Shown here: positions 1-10,893 of the stretch, one piece after another
How the letters are laid out: each line of letters opens with the position of its first letter
Position numbering within the stretch: the stretch's first letter is position 1
From: Raillietiella orientalis
Taxonomy: Eukaryota
DNA length: 64,000 bases
Assembly: GCA_036172245.1 (NCBI GenBank)
Contig: JAYWIR010000005.1
Location: 2,418,001-2,482,000 of the forward strand
Direction of reading: 5' to 3'
Made by a program: the position numbers and the translations under genes
The notes under the pieces: generated by a model
Databases searched by the model: none
The model's input: only the letters and a program-made list of their open reading frames with translations
Told to the model about the DNA's origin: nothing

Positions 1-2900
1 CAGGCAGGGGGCCTCCGTTGCAAAACTGGAGGATGCAGGCGGATTGGCTTAGCCAACCGGAGGCTGCGGAGCATCTACGTGGATACCTCCGAGGCTTTGC
101 CATTCAGGAACTTGCGGACTGGGACGATGTCAAAAGATCTGTCCGCGAGTTCTGCTGCCAATTCCCCTTGCACCGGCTTCCATGCGGTTTCGGAGAGGGC
201 GTGGCCAACAGTAGAGACTTTCTGCAGGCCCGCACGTTTTCGAGACTCGCGGATGTCGGGCGTCTCGCAGAGTACAAGGCGAGGGCCGAGCGCCAGGTCT
301 GGCAGTCCGGAGCAGCATGCCTGTTGGACGACAAGGGCCAGGAATGTTCGGCCCCAGCCGAAGTACGCCGCATTGTGAGACGCTACTACTCCTCGCTCTA
401 CGCGGAATCCCCGACGGAGGATATTCTTTCTGAGATACTCCTATCTCAGGATGCTCGTGTTGTCGGCGAGGAGGAACGAGAACGTCTCGACGAGCCCTTC
501 ACGGCGGATGAATTTTCATCCGCCATCGCTGGGCTGAAGAGACGAAAGGCGCCAGGCGAGGATGGGCTCCCTGCAGAGTTTTATCAGTGCTTTGCAGTGG
601 AGCTCATTCCCTTGATGCTGAAACTCGCGACGCTGATGAGTGAATCCGGGAATGTCCCAGATTCCTTCCGCTCAGCGAAGGTGCGTCTCCTGCCGAAAGG
701 CGAAGACTCGCGCCAACTTAACAACTGGCGTCCGATCACCTTGGTGAACTCGGACGTCAACTTGTTTTCCAAGCTGTGGGTCGCGCGGTTAGGAAGTATC
801 GCGGAATCTGTGGTGAGCCCGGAACAAACCTACGCGGTTCCGGGACGATCCATGGAGGCGAACATCCTTTTCGCGCGTACATGGATGCAGCTGCAGGAAG
901 TTGTGGCGCAGCAAAGCCAGGCTGCTGCGAAAGTCACTGCCGCAGGCAAAAAGAACAGGCGCCGACGGCAGGAGGGAACGCCAGGTGCCTTGGCGGTCGC
1001 GGTCGATCTTCACAAGGCGTTCGACTGCGTAAACCAGAAGCTCCTCTTGGAGCTTATGGAACGCCTTGGGTTCCCGGCGCAACTCCTGCTGTATTTGCGC
1101 GCGTGCTGGCGCCACGCGCTAACCTGCATCACTTTTAGCGGCTGCCGCGTGTATGGTATTCCCGTTCGTAGGGGCATCCGACAGGGCGACAGCTTAAGCC
1201 CGTTGCTCTTCAGCATCTTCTTTAAGTTGGTGCTAAGAGCATACAGGCTGACGCTGTCTCACTTGCCAAGCTCCTGCCCGGGAACGCCTGCCGTGGCCGC
1301 CTACGCTGATGACCTGCTTCTTCTGCTCCCCATGTCCACCCCGGCGTACAGTGTCGAGGATTTCTTCGACCTGATTCGTCGGGGAGCGGGCGTGAGCGTG
1401 AACAGAGAGAAGAGCGTGGTCGTTCCTGTGGGTACGTCGTGGGAGGGGCAGTCCGACTGGATCCGCCTGGGGATCCCCACGGGCGGGTACTTTAAGTACC
1501 TTGGCGTTCCGTGGGGCGCTTTCGGCGCAGCCGAAGCGTGGGCGGACTGTCTTCAGAAAGCAGAGTTGGCCATCAGCCCGTTCTTTAACGGCAAGTTTAC
1601 CTTGCAGGAACGGGCGACTATTTGGAACACCTTTGTGGCCCCCCTCCTCCGTCCCCTGTTTTTTGTTTTGGACCCCCCCTATGCGGCGAAACAGCGGGCT
1701 AAGCGCCTGCTCAGGAACGCTCTCTGGGGTCTGGCGAGATCCAGGATCCGCCTTAAAGATTTGTCAGCTCCGCGTCGGGATGCTGGTTTGGGTATCCTGA
1801 CAATGGAGCGAATCGGACTGCAGGTGCAGTTCCGACTGCTGGCACTGTGTGCCCAGCTATGGACATCCCCCCTGTGTGTGCCAGCTCGCATTCTCCTGCG
1901 AAGATGCGCCGGCAGCGGAGGATTTCTCTCGCTTTTGCCGGGCACTCAATACAGAAAGCGGGGTTTCGGGTTTCCATTGCGGCAGTTGACCGCACTTCTA
2001 GAAGCACACTCGTGGATCTCCTGCCGCCCAATAAACTTTGAAGCTTGGCGGCAGGAGTCTGTTGAATCCTGGGCGGCGTTCCAAGGAATACGCCCTGAAG
2101 ATCTTCGCCCCCTGCGCCAATTTTTTCCACGATCCTTGGAAGAAGTACTGCAGGACGAGGTGAAGTTTTGTACCCTGGCTGCCACGCCTCTTGCCGCAGC
2201 GCTGTTTGCCCTCAGGGCAAGAAACGACAGTTACCAACCGGCGAGGTGGGAGGTTTCCTGCACGATAGCGGGAAAAACCAAACTCCTTGGCACCTGGAAG
2301 ACAAGTGAGTTGGCGGACGCCGCCACTCCTCGTGTTACTGCAAAGGGACTCCTCCGGTGGGCAGAAGAACTTGCTGTCACCCCCGAAGAACTTGTAGTCC
2401 CTTTACAGTGTATGGACAGTTCGCTGCTCCCCCTTGCTTAGAAACAAGACGTGCTGCTTTTCGTTCACTGGGGTTTTCAGTGCAACGAGCGTTGGCATCG
2501 TGACTCCGGGGGAATTGCGTCTGCGAACTGCGTTCGGTGCGGATCGACGGAGTCGATTCCGCACCTACTTCTGGACTGCGGTGTCCTACAAGGACTGTGG
2601 CGTAGGCTGGCAACAGCACTATTGCATCCCGTGGACACCGCAAGAGACTTGCTGCGACGATTCTTCACGCCGAGCGGGCTTTCACTAAGCGCAAGGATTG
2701 CAACCATCGGTTGCATACGCGCGATAGTTTCCGTCCGCCAGGCGTTGGTAATCAACGGACAGCACCAAGCGGTAATCAGCAAAGCATCCTTCTACATAGG
2801 AGCATCCGCTAGATGGCCTCATTTGACAGAGGAGACAAAGAGGAATCTCGCAGCAATACACCGCCGGTTTACACACGCTCAGCAGCGGGCAACCCGGTGA
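1..2900 (+). pseudogene. A1 ORF2 (linker, reverse transcriptase, C-terminal CCHC finger) with one nonsense codon
   Basis: ORFs 18..2441 and 2451..2900 are in the same frame; motifs KAPGEDG, NWRPITL, DLHKAFD, GIRQGDSLSP, YADD, FKYLG, CVRC..HLLLDC; TAG at 2439-2441 where copy A2 has TGG (LAWKQ). Confidence 0.92.
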
Positions 2901-3213
2901 TCATTGCCCTACCCTCCATAAACTATTTTTGTATTTTCTTTTTACACCCGCGTCCCCATAGGCTCCGGAACATTTTAGGTGCTCATCGTTTAAATCCCCG
3001 TGAGTACGGAGCCTAACCAAAAACCCGTTACCCTTCCCTCCAGTTTTTGATTTTTGTTTGTTTCCCCTCATTCCCCCCACGCTGCGAGCGGTTTGTTTAC
3101 CAGGCCTGCGTGCCGGTAATTTTTCAATGTTCTCTGTCGTTCTGTTGGTTAAGGACATTGTCCCTGACCAGTTTATTATTATTAATAAACGCCCCGGCGT
3201 GACCGGGTGATAA
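1..3213 (+). mobile_element. Non-LTR retrotransposon A1 (L1/Tx1-like), 3' part; 5' part lies upstream of the window; inserted in sense at the APE GDFN codons of B0
   Basis: RT ORF, 3' UTR, terminal AATAAACGCCCCGGCGTGACCGGGTGATAA followed by ATTTCAATC (3214-3222), the same 9-mer that forms the TSD of A2. Confidence 0.92.
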
Positions 3214-6200
3214 ATTTCAATCTCCGCCTGCTAACAGGTGAGCCGGAAACACAGGTGAACGCGATGAACGAGTTGTGCGCCGCCATGCGTGCGCGCAACT
3301 TGTTCGCGGGTGAGAGGGGAATGGTCCGCAGCATCGACCACGTCTTCCTCGACGCTGACCTGTGTTCACGGGTCGGCAAACGGGGGAGGGTTGCGTCAAC
3401 GTTGTCGGACCAGTCCCGGTTAATTTTCGAGATGCGGCCTCGCGACAAAGGACCGCCATCCAGAGACTGGCGTCTGCCGGGGGACTGGACGCGACTCTCA
3501 GGTGCGAAGGAACACCTTCGCGAATACCTGAGAGGCGTCACGCTCCGGAATCTCCAAGACTGGGACCTTTTTAAGGAATCGGTCTGGGAATTCTGCGAGC
3601 AGTTCCCCCTGGACCGCCTGCCCTCCGGATTCGGCGAGGGTCCTCGCAACCATCGGGCCTATTTACAGGCCCGTAGGTACGAGCGAACCCCTAATGTCCG
3701 TCGCCTGGCCGAGTACCGCGCCGGGGCCGAACGCCAAGCCTGGCAATCCGGGTCGGCCAGCTTGCTGGACGACCAGGGCCGGGAATGTTCGTCTCCGGCG
3801 TCGGTATGGCATCTCGTGCGGAGTTATTATTCCTCCCTTTACGCCAGGGCGCCCCCGGATCAAGATGCCTCTCGGCTCTTGCTTCCGGATGGTGCCCCGG
3901 CAATAGGGGAGGAGGAGTCGTTAAGCCTCGATGAGCCTTTTACCACCGGCGAAATTCTCGCCGGTATCAAAAGGCTCAAGAGTCGGAAAGCTCCAGGGGA
4001 AGACGGCTTGCCCGCGGAGTTCTATCAGAGCTTCGCGGAAGAGCTGGCACCCCTGCTGCTTCAGCTGACAAGGCTGATCCGAGACGAAGGCGATGTTCCC
4101 GCCTCGTTTCGGTCAGCCAGAGTGAGGCTCTTTCCGAAAGGGCGAGACCTTAGGAATTTGAACAACTGGCGTCCGATCACGATTGTGAATACGGACGCCA
4201 AGTTGGTTGCCGGGCTATGGGCTTCGCGTCTGGGGCAGGTGGCAGAATCCATTATTAGCCCGGAGCAGACATATGCTGTTCCCGGGCGAAGTATGGATGC
4301 CAACCTCTTCTTCGCGAGCACGTGGATGTACGCGCAGAGGTGTCAAAAGGAAGGGAAAAGAAAAATCGGCAACCCCACTTTGGGGCCGCCAGCAGGGCAG
4401 GGATTGGACTCCCGGGCGGGGAAGGGGGCCTTAGCGCTCGCAGTCGATCTCCATAAGGCGTTCGACTGTGTTGACCAGGGGCTTTTGTTGGAGCTCCTGG
4501 GTCGCATGGGCTTCCCACCCTCCTTGATCAACTACCTGCGCTCCTGCTGGCGCCATGCGATAATGTCCGTCTCTTTCAGCGGTCAGAAGGTGCATGGCGT
4601 GCCGGTGCGGCGGGGCATCAGGCAGGGAGATAGCCTGAGTCCCCTGCTCTTCAGCACCTACTTTGAGTTGGTGCTGAGAGCCTACAGGGTGACTTTGGCC
4701 TCCTTGCCTAGCTCGTGTCCCGGCACGCCCGCCGTAGCAGTCTATGCCGACGACCTTCTGCTCCTGTTACCTATGTCCACCCCGGCGAAGGCAGTCGGAG
4801 ACTTCTTCGATCTGCTCAGCCGTGGGACCGGACTGCAGGTCAACAGGGCGAAGTCGTCGGTGGTGCCAGTAGGTGCGGCGTGGGCAGCGCAGCAGGACTG
4901 GGTCCGTCTGGGGATCCCCACGGCGAGGAGCCTCAAGTACCTTGGTGTGCCGTTGGGTGACTACTCCCCTGCGGAAGCGTGGTCCAGCTGTCTTCAAAAA
5001 GTCGAGACGGCGATCGGCCCGTTCCTGGAAGGCAAATTTCACTTGCCGGAACGGGCCGCGGTTTGGAACGCATTCGCGGCCCCCATCCTCCGCCCCTTGC
5101 TTTTTGTTTGCCCCGCCCCCAGAGAATGCAAAAAGAGGACGAAGGACCTCCTCCGCATCGCCCTTTGGGGCAAGGGGAGGCCCCGAGTCCCTCTGCAGGA
5201 CTTGTGCGCTCCGCGTCGGGACGGCGGCCTTGGCCTCCTGACGCTGGAGCGCGTGGAAATCCAGCTGCGGTGGCGAACCCTCGCCATCGCAGCGAAGATG
5301 TGGAGCACCCCTTGGTGCGTTCCGGCCCGCCACCTCGCTAGGCGTGTGTCCCGATGCGAAGGACTCGCGTCGTTTCTTCTGTGCCCTGGCCGGAAGATCC
5401 GAAGATGCGGCCTTATGCTCGGACGCATAGCAACCTTGGCGAAGACGAACGGTTGGATGGTTTGTGGCCCCGCCAACTCCTCCGCCTGGTTAGAGGAGTC
5501 TGCTGGCACATGGGCTAAGCTGAACCAGAGGAGCGAAAACCACATGAACTGCCTGCGAATCGGCCCATACGCCAACCGCACCCTGCGGGAAATACTGGAA
5601 TTTCCTCGGAGTCGCAGGTGGGCGTTGACGACCCCCCTTGCTACGGCGATGCCCTACCTCCTGAGGGCGCTTCAGGATTGCCAGAAGCCGAGGTGGCAAG
5701 TCACCTGCCACATCGCAGGCAGGGAGAAGATGTTAAGCGGCTGGACCACAGGAGAACTGGCGGACGCCACGACCCCGAGCGTCCAGCCGCGTGGACTAAT
5801 GAGATGGGGCGAGCTGCTCGCCATCCCTACGGATGTGCTGAAGTGGCCCCCGGTATTAAGGGAATCCAGGATTCTGCCCCTTAAGTGGCAAGAGTCGGCG
5901 TTGCTTTTGTTGCACTGGGGTCTACCCTGCAACGCGCGCCGCTTCCACTGGACGAGGGGAGCTGTGGATCCTGCGTGTGCCAGGTGCGGGGAGCGGGAGT
6001 CGCTTCCCCAACTTATTGTGGATTGTGCTGCCATCCGACCCCTCTGGGAACGGTTCGGGGCGACCCTAGGGCTCCCTACGGGCAGCACCCCCAGAGACGT
6101 TCTTCGGCCCCTCTTCGTGAAGGACGCACTGCAGCCAGCCGCAGCCATCGCAGCCTTGTGCTGTGTCCGTGGCATCGTAGCGGCATGGAGCGACGCCAAC

Positions 6201-6350
6201 AACGAAGGAGTGGGTCCACACGCGAGGGATGTCGTCCCATACGCCCAACGCTTCATGCGGAGAGCTGCCGGATGGCCCCAACTGGGGAATATACGGACGG
6301 ACCTCAAGGGCTTCCTTCAACGGATGGGCCCTCCTCACAGCGTTCAGTGA
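3214..6350 (+). pseudogene. B0 ORF2: open frame of about 1045 aa (APE C-half, RT, CCHC finger), cut off from its N-terminus by the A1 insertion
   Basis: ORF 3207..6350; IDH, KAPGEDG, DLHKAFD, QGDSLSP, YADD, CARC..QLIVDC; the called start codon lies in the A1 terminus. Confidence 0.88.
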
Positions 6351-6569
6351 TCCCTTCCCTGCCCACCAACTTCTTTTTGTCTGTTTATGTTTTTTCTTTT
6401 TCTTTTTGTTTTATGCCCATCCCCCTTCGCTGCTGAGGAACGCTACGCTGGGCTGCGTCCCGGCGTCCCGGCAGGTCCAGTGCATATGGCCGTGAGCGGG
6501 GCCTTGTACCGCGGATGTAGAGTTTGTTTTTTTTTAAAAATAAACGCCCCGGGCGTACCCGGGTGTAAA
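3214..6569 (+). mobile_element. Retrotransposon B0, 3' segment from APE (D)FN to the 3' end; followed by mid-ORF1 of C0
   Basis: Homologous to B2 from 57012 onward; 3' UTR and terminal AATAAACGCCCCGGGCGTACCCGGGTGTAAA. Confidence 0.9.
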
Positions 6570-8919
6570 CCTCCAGGGCTGGCAAGAAGGCGGTAAGGCG
6601 TCCGGCCTCCCCTTAGGAGTCCCTTACTTCCGAACCCGAAGTGGAGGCCAGAAGCGCAGCCTCCGTTTCCACGGCACCGCGCAAGAAGGCTGGACGTAAT
6701 TCCACAAAGCCAAGGAAGCTCGTCTCGCCCGTCGAAAGAGAAGAGATGGCTTCCGCAAGCGAGGGTGCCATGACCGTGGGAAACTCTCGGGACCCGTCGC
6801 CCGAGAGACTCCTATGCGCGGACACGAAAGGGATGGAGGGGGTGGAGGCCGAAGAAGTGCCTCAGGTGCCTGAGAATGGGCATTCCGCCCGCCTTGCAAG
6901 AGGAGGGCTCCCCCACACCTTAATCTTCTCAGAAGTAATGCCAAGAATGTCCTCCCTCCGTCGTCTGCGCATCGCCGTTTGGAACGTGAACGGCATGACA
7001 GACGCCGGTAGGAGACGAGACATGGCCGCCCTTCTCGAGTCCTACGACCTTGCGCTGCTGCAGGAGATCCACGTGATCTCTGCAGAACAAGCGCAAGAGA
7101 TCGAACGGATCTCCGGAGGGCGGCTATGGTACAGGTGTGGGAGAGCGAAAAGTTGCGGTGTCGCCTACCTGCTTCGGCCAGCCGTCGAGGCCGCGGCTCG
7201 GGGCGTGCGGTTCGACGATCACGGTCGTGTCGGCCAGCTGACTCTCAGGTGGACCGACTCGATCGATCTGATCGTCACGAACGTGTACGCACTTAGCGGA
7301 AAGGACCTGATGAACAGGAGGGCGAGGAAACAGATTTTCCTTGCCCTCCGGCGAGACTGGCTGACCGAAGCAGGCGTGCGGAATGCCCATCTGGTTGCAG
7401 GCGATTTCAACGTCCGCCTAAACCAGATGGGCAGAATCCCGAGCGTGACCTGGTCAACGAGGTATGCATGGCGGTGCACACCTGTTATCTGTTGGCCAGT
7501 GCACCGGAAATGGAAGACAGCATTGACCACGTGTTTCTTGACGAGCACCTGTGCCCTCGCGTGTGCAGGCGCGGCAAGTTACCGTGCGAGCTGTCCGACC
7601 ATCGCCCGCTGGTCCTCGAGATCCATCCGCGCGACCAAGGCCCCCCCCTCGTCAGCGTGGCGTCTCCCAGGGGACTGACTGAAGCTCCCGGACGCGGCGG
7701 AACATCTCCGCACGTTCATACGGAGCTTCAGGCTGCGGACACTCCAGGATTGGGACCGCTTTAAGCGGTCGGTCCAGGAGTTCTGCGACCAGTTCCCTCC
7801 TCACCGCCCACCTAAGGGTTTTGGGACCGAAGTCCGTAACGAACGAGCCTACCTGCAGGCTTGTCGTTACGCCAGGACCCCCGACATCCGCAGGCTGGTG
7901 GAATACAGAGCGGGAGCCGAGAGGCAAGCCTGGCAGTCCGGATCGGCCAGCTTACTGGACGATCAGGGCCAGGAGCACTCGGCACCTGCCCAAATCCGCG
8001 GCCTACTGCGGAGTTACTACTCCTCCCTGTATGCCAGGGCACCTCCGGAGAGGAACGTCTTACGACTCCTGCTTCCGGAAGGCGCTGCAGCGATGGGGGA
8101 GGAGCAGAGAAAGACCCTCGACGAGGCTTTCACGATGGACGAGATCCTCTCGGCCATCGGAAAGCTCAAGAGGCGAAAAGCTCCAGGGGAGGACGGCCTG
8201 CCCGCGGAGTTTTATCAAACTTTCGCGGCTGAGCTTACCCCCTGGTACAGAAACTCACCTTGCTGATACGGGAAACAGGTGACGTTCCTGCCTCGTTTCG
8301 TTCGGCAAAGGTGCGGCTCCTCCCTAAGGGAAGAGATCTAAGGAGCATGAACAACTGGCGTCCCATCACAATAGTGAATGCGGACGCCAAGTTGCTGGCT
8401 AAGGTTTGAGCAGAGCGTCTGGGACGGGATGCCAACATCTTCATCAGCCCTGAACAGACATATGCTGTTCCCGGGCGAAGCATAGAGGCGAACCTGTTCC
8501 ATGCTTCCACCTGGCTAGAGCTCCAACATGAAAGGAGCTTGGTGCGCAGCCGGAATTCCGGTGCGTGCGCCGGCAAAGGGTTGGATGGTCGGCTGGGGGA
8601 GGGAGCCCTTGCGGTCGCAATCGACTTGCGGAAAGCATTCGATTGCGTCGACTAGAATCTCCTTCTGGAGCTTCTGGAACGCTTGGGCTTCCCGGCCTCA
8701 TTAGTGGCTTATCTGCGCTCCTGCTGGCGCTACGCGCTCATCAATGTTACTTTCGGGGGGCAGACCGTGCACGGCGTGCCGGTGCGGCGTGGGATCCGGC
8801 AGGGAGACAGCCTGAGCCCCTTGCTCTTCAGTTCCTACTTTTAGCTGGTACTGAGAGCGTACAGGGGAACTCTGGCGCACATGCCGCACGACTGTGCCGG
8901 TACGCCGGCCGTTTCAGCA
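6570..8919 (+). mobile_element. Retrotransposon C0 internal segment (ORF1 C-terminus, TAATG junction 6936-6940, APE, RT up to just before YADD); frameshifted
   Basis: Colinear with C1 from about 23557; MPRMSSLRRLRIAVWNVNG, LQE, GDFN, SDH, KAPGEDG, QGDSLSP; ends at PAVSA. Confidence 0.88.
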
Positions 8920-10686
8920 ATCTGCCAATAACCCAAGCTTCAAGCGCGCCTACGGAGAAAAAGTTTATCGAAACCGCAGAAAGAGAACTGGGCTGGCAGC
9001 TAGTCAGAGCCAAAAAAGAGAAAAAAAACACGCATGTCCCAAAGAAAGGAGATAAGGCGGTAGCCGGAACAAAAGCTCAATTCGTGTCGCGCGTAAAAAC
9101 TCTCCGAGAATGCACAGTGACGCTGGAGCGCACTGACATTCCCGCCGACACCACCCGAGGCGATACGGCTTCGATCGATTTTCCCGCCGCGACGAATGCG
9201 CGCCAAAATCCATCTCCTGCTTGCGAAGAGGGTCAGCCGGACGACAAACGCGCCGAAACCAAGGATCCAGCCTTCAAGAAGGCCGCCGAAGAGCTTGCGG
9301 CAACGCTTGCTGAATGCGAGAAGCATTCGCGGAAGGGGTTCCGTAGGCAGCCAGCGGCTAAAATGGCCCCCCCAGTTAAATCGGATCGGGAGGCCGGAAG
9401 TGCATCCTGTTCTGTGTAAGCACCACCAAGGGAAGCGGGGCGAAAATCCCAGAAACCCGGATGGTGCATTTCGCCTCCGCGCGAGGGGATCCAATGGAGG
9501 AGGAACCAGTGGATGGCAGCGAGGGAGCCCAAGTCGGGCATCACCCACGTCCGGAAGCCGACGAGGGGGCCATTCCGATGGAGGAGGGTAACCAGGGGTC
9601 AGCAATGCCCCCTGAAACCGCCGAATATGAACCACCCGCACCAATGGATGTGGACCAACAGGTACGAGCAACACCCCCTCCGCACGGGCAGCCGGAGACG
9701 TCGGCACGTAAGAAGGATGAGGTGTTGGTGGGCAAGACGCCAACCCCGTCCAGCGACCCGCCTCAAAAGGTGGCGGGAGCTCCACCGCCAGGTTCCCAGG
9801 AATAACACCTGGACTCGCCTGTCGCCGTAGGATCCGTGCGGCAAGTTGGAATGTCAGCGGGCTGCGCGAAGACGGAAACAGACGAGATACAGCCGCCACC
9901 TTGCGAGATTTCGACCTGTAGCTTTTGCAGGAGATCCACGTGATCACCGCAAAAGACGCCCTGAAGATCGAAACGATCGCAGGAGGGCGGTTGTACTGGC
10001 GATGCGGCGCCCGCAACACTTGTGGGGTCGCGTTCTTTCTGAAGCCAGCCATTAACGCGGCCGTGAAGGGCGTAAACTTTGGGGACGACGGACAGAACGG
10101 CCAATTGATTCTCAGATGGTCCGATTCGATCGACCTCATCGTCACCAATGTGTACGCTCCTAGCGCTAAACAGGGATACGAGCAGCACAACGCGTTACTG
10201 GAAATCTTGAAGCGCCAATGGCTGGTGGACGCGGACGTTCGAAAGGCGCATCTGATAGCAGGGGATTTCAACGTCCGTCTGCTCTCAGACCAGCCCGGAG
10301 CCCAGGGGAACGCGATCAACGAGTTTTGCGCTGCCATGCGCGCGCGCAACTTGTTGACAGAAATAAGCGGGATGGTCAGCAGCGTGGACCACGTCTTTCT
10401 CGACGGAGACCTGTGCACACGGGTCGGAAAACGAGGGACACTTGGACCGACGCTGTCGGACCATTCCCGGTTATTATTCGAGATGCGGCCGCGCGACAAG
10501 GGACCGCCATCCAGTGATTAGCGTATGCCAGGGGACTAAACGCGCCTGTCAGGAGCGAAAGAACATCATCGCAAATTCCTGCAAGGCGTCACCTCCAGAG
10601 ACTCGTGGATTGGGACCTATTTAAGAACTCGGTCCGGGAGTTCTGCGAACAGTTCCCTGTGCAACGTCTGCCCCGAGGACACGGCG
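8920..10686 (+). mobile_element. Retrotransposon F1, left segment (5'-truncated in ORF1; APE and linker to LPRGHG); host of B1
   Basis: Homologous to 36156-37500; ORF1 ends GSQE* at 9805; APE ORF 9925..10521 (LQE, NVYAP, GDFN, VDH, SDH). Confidence 0.85.
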
Positions 10687-10893
10687 TTATCACCCGGGTA
10701 CGCCTGGGGCGTTTATTAATAAACTCTACATGCGTGGTAAAAGGCTTCACCACGGCCGTAAACACAGGACCTGTCGGGACACCGGGACGCAGCCCGGCGT
10801 GGCACTCCCCGACAGCGAAAGGGGATAAGGGGAAAAAACAAAAAGAAAAAAAAGAAATAAAAAACAAAAAGTGTTTGGAGGGCAGGGTAGGGA

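Noticed and set aside
2436..2453. Programmed readthrough at A1 TAG, and at 30621 and 55755
   Set aside because: Sister copies have sense codons at these positions; they are private nonsense mutations
3207..3215. GTG start giving an independent 1047-aa gene
   Set aside because: The codon lies in the A terminal hairpin; the frame is the remainder of an interrupted ORF2
8565..9419. 284-aa chimeric ORF across the C0/F1 junction (also 49745..50650 across G/E)
   Set aside because: Chance fusion of an off-frame segment to ORF1 of the neighbouring element
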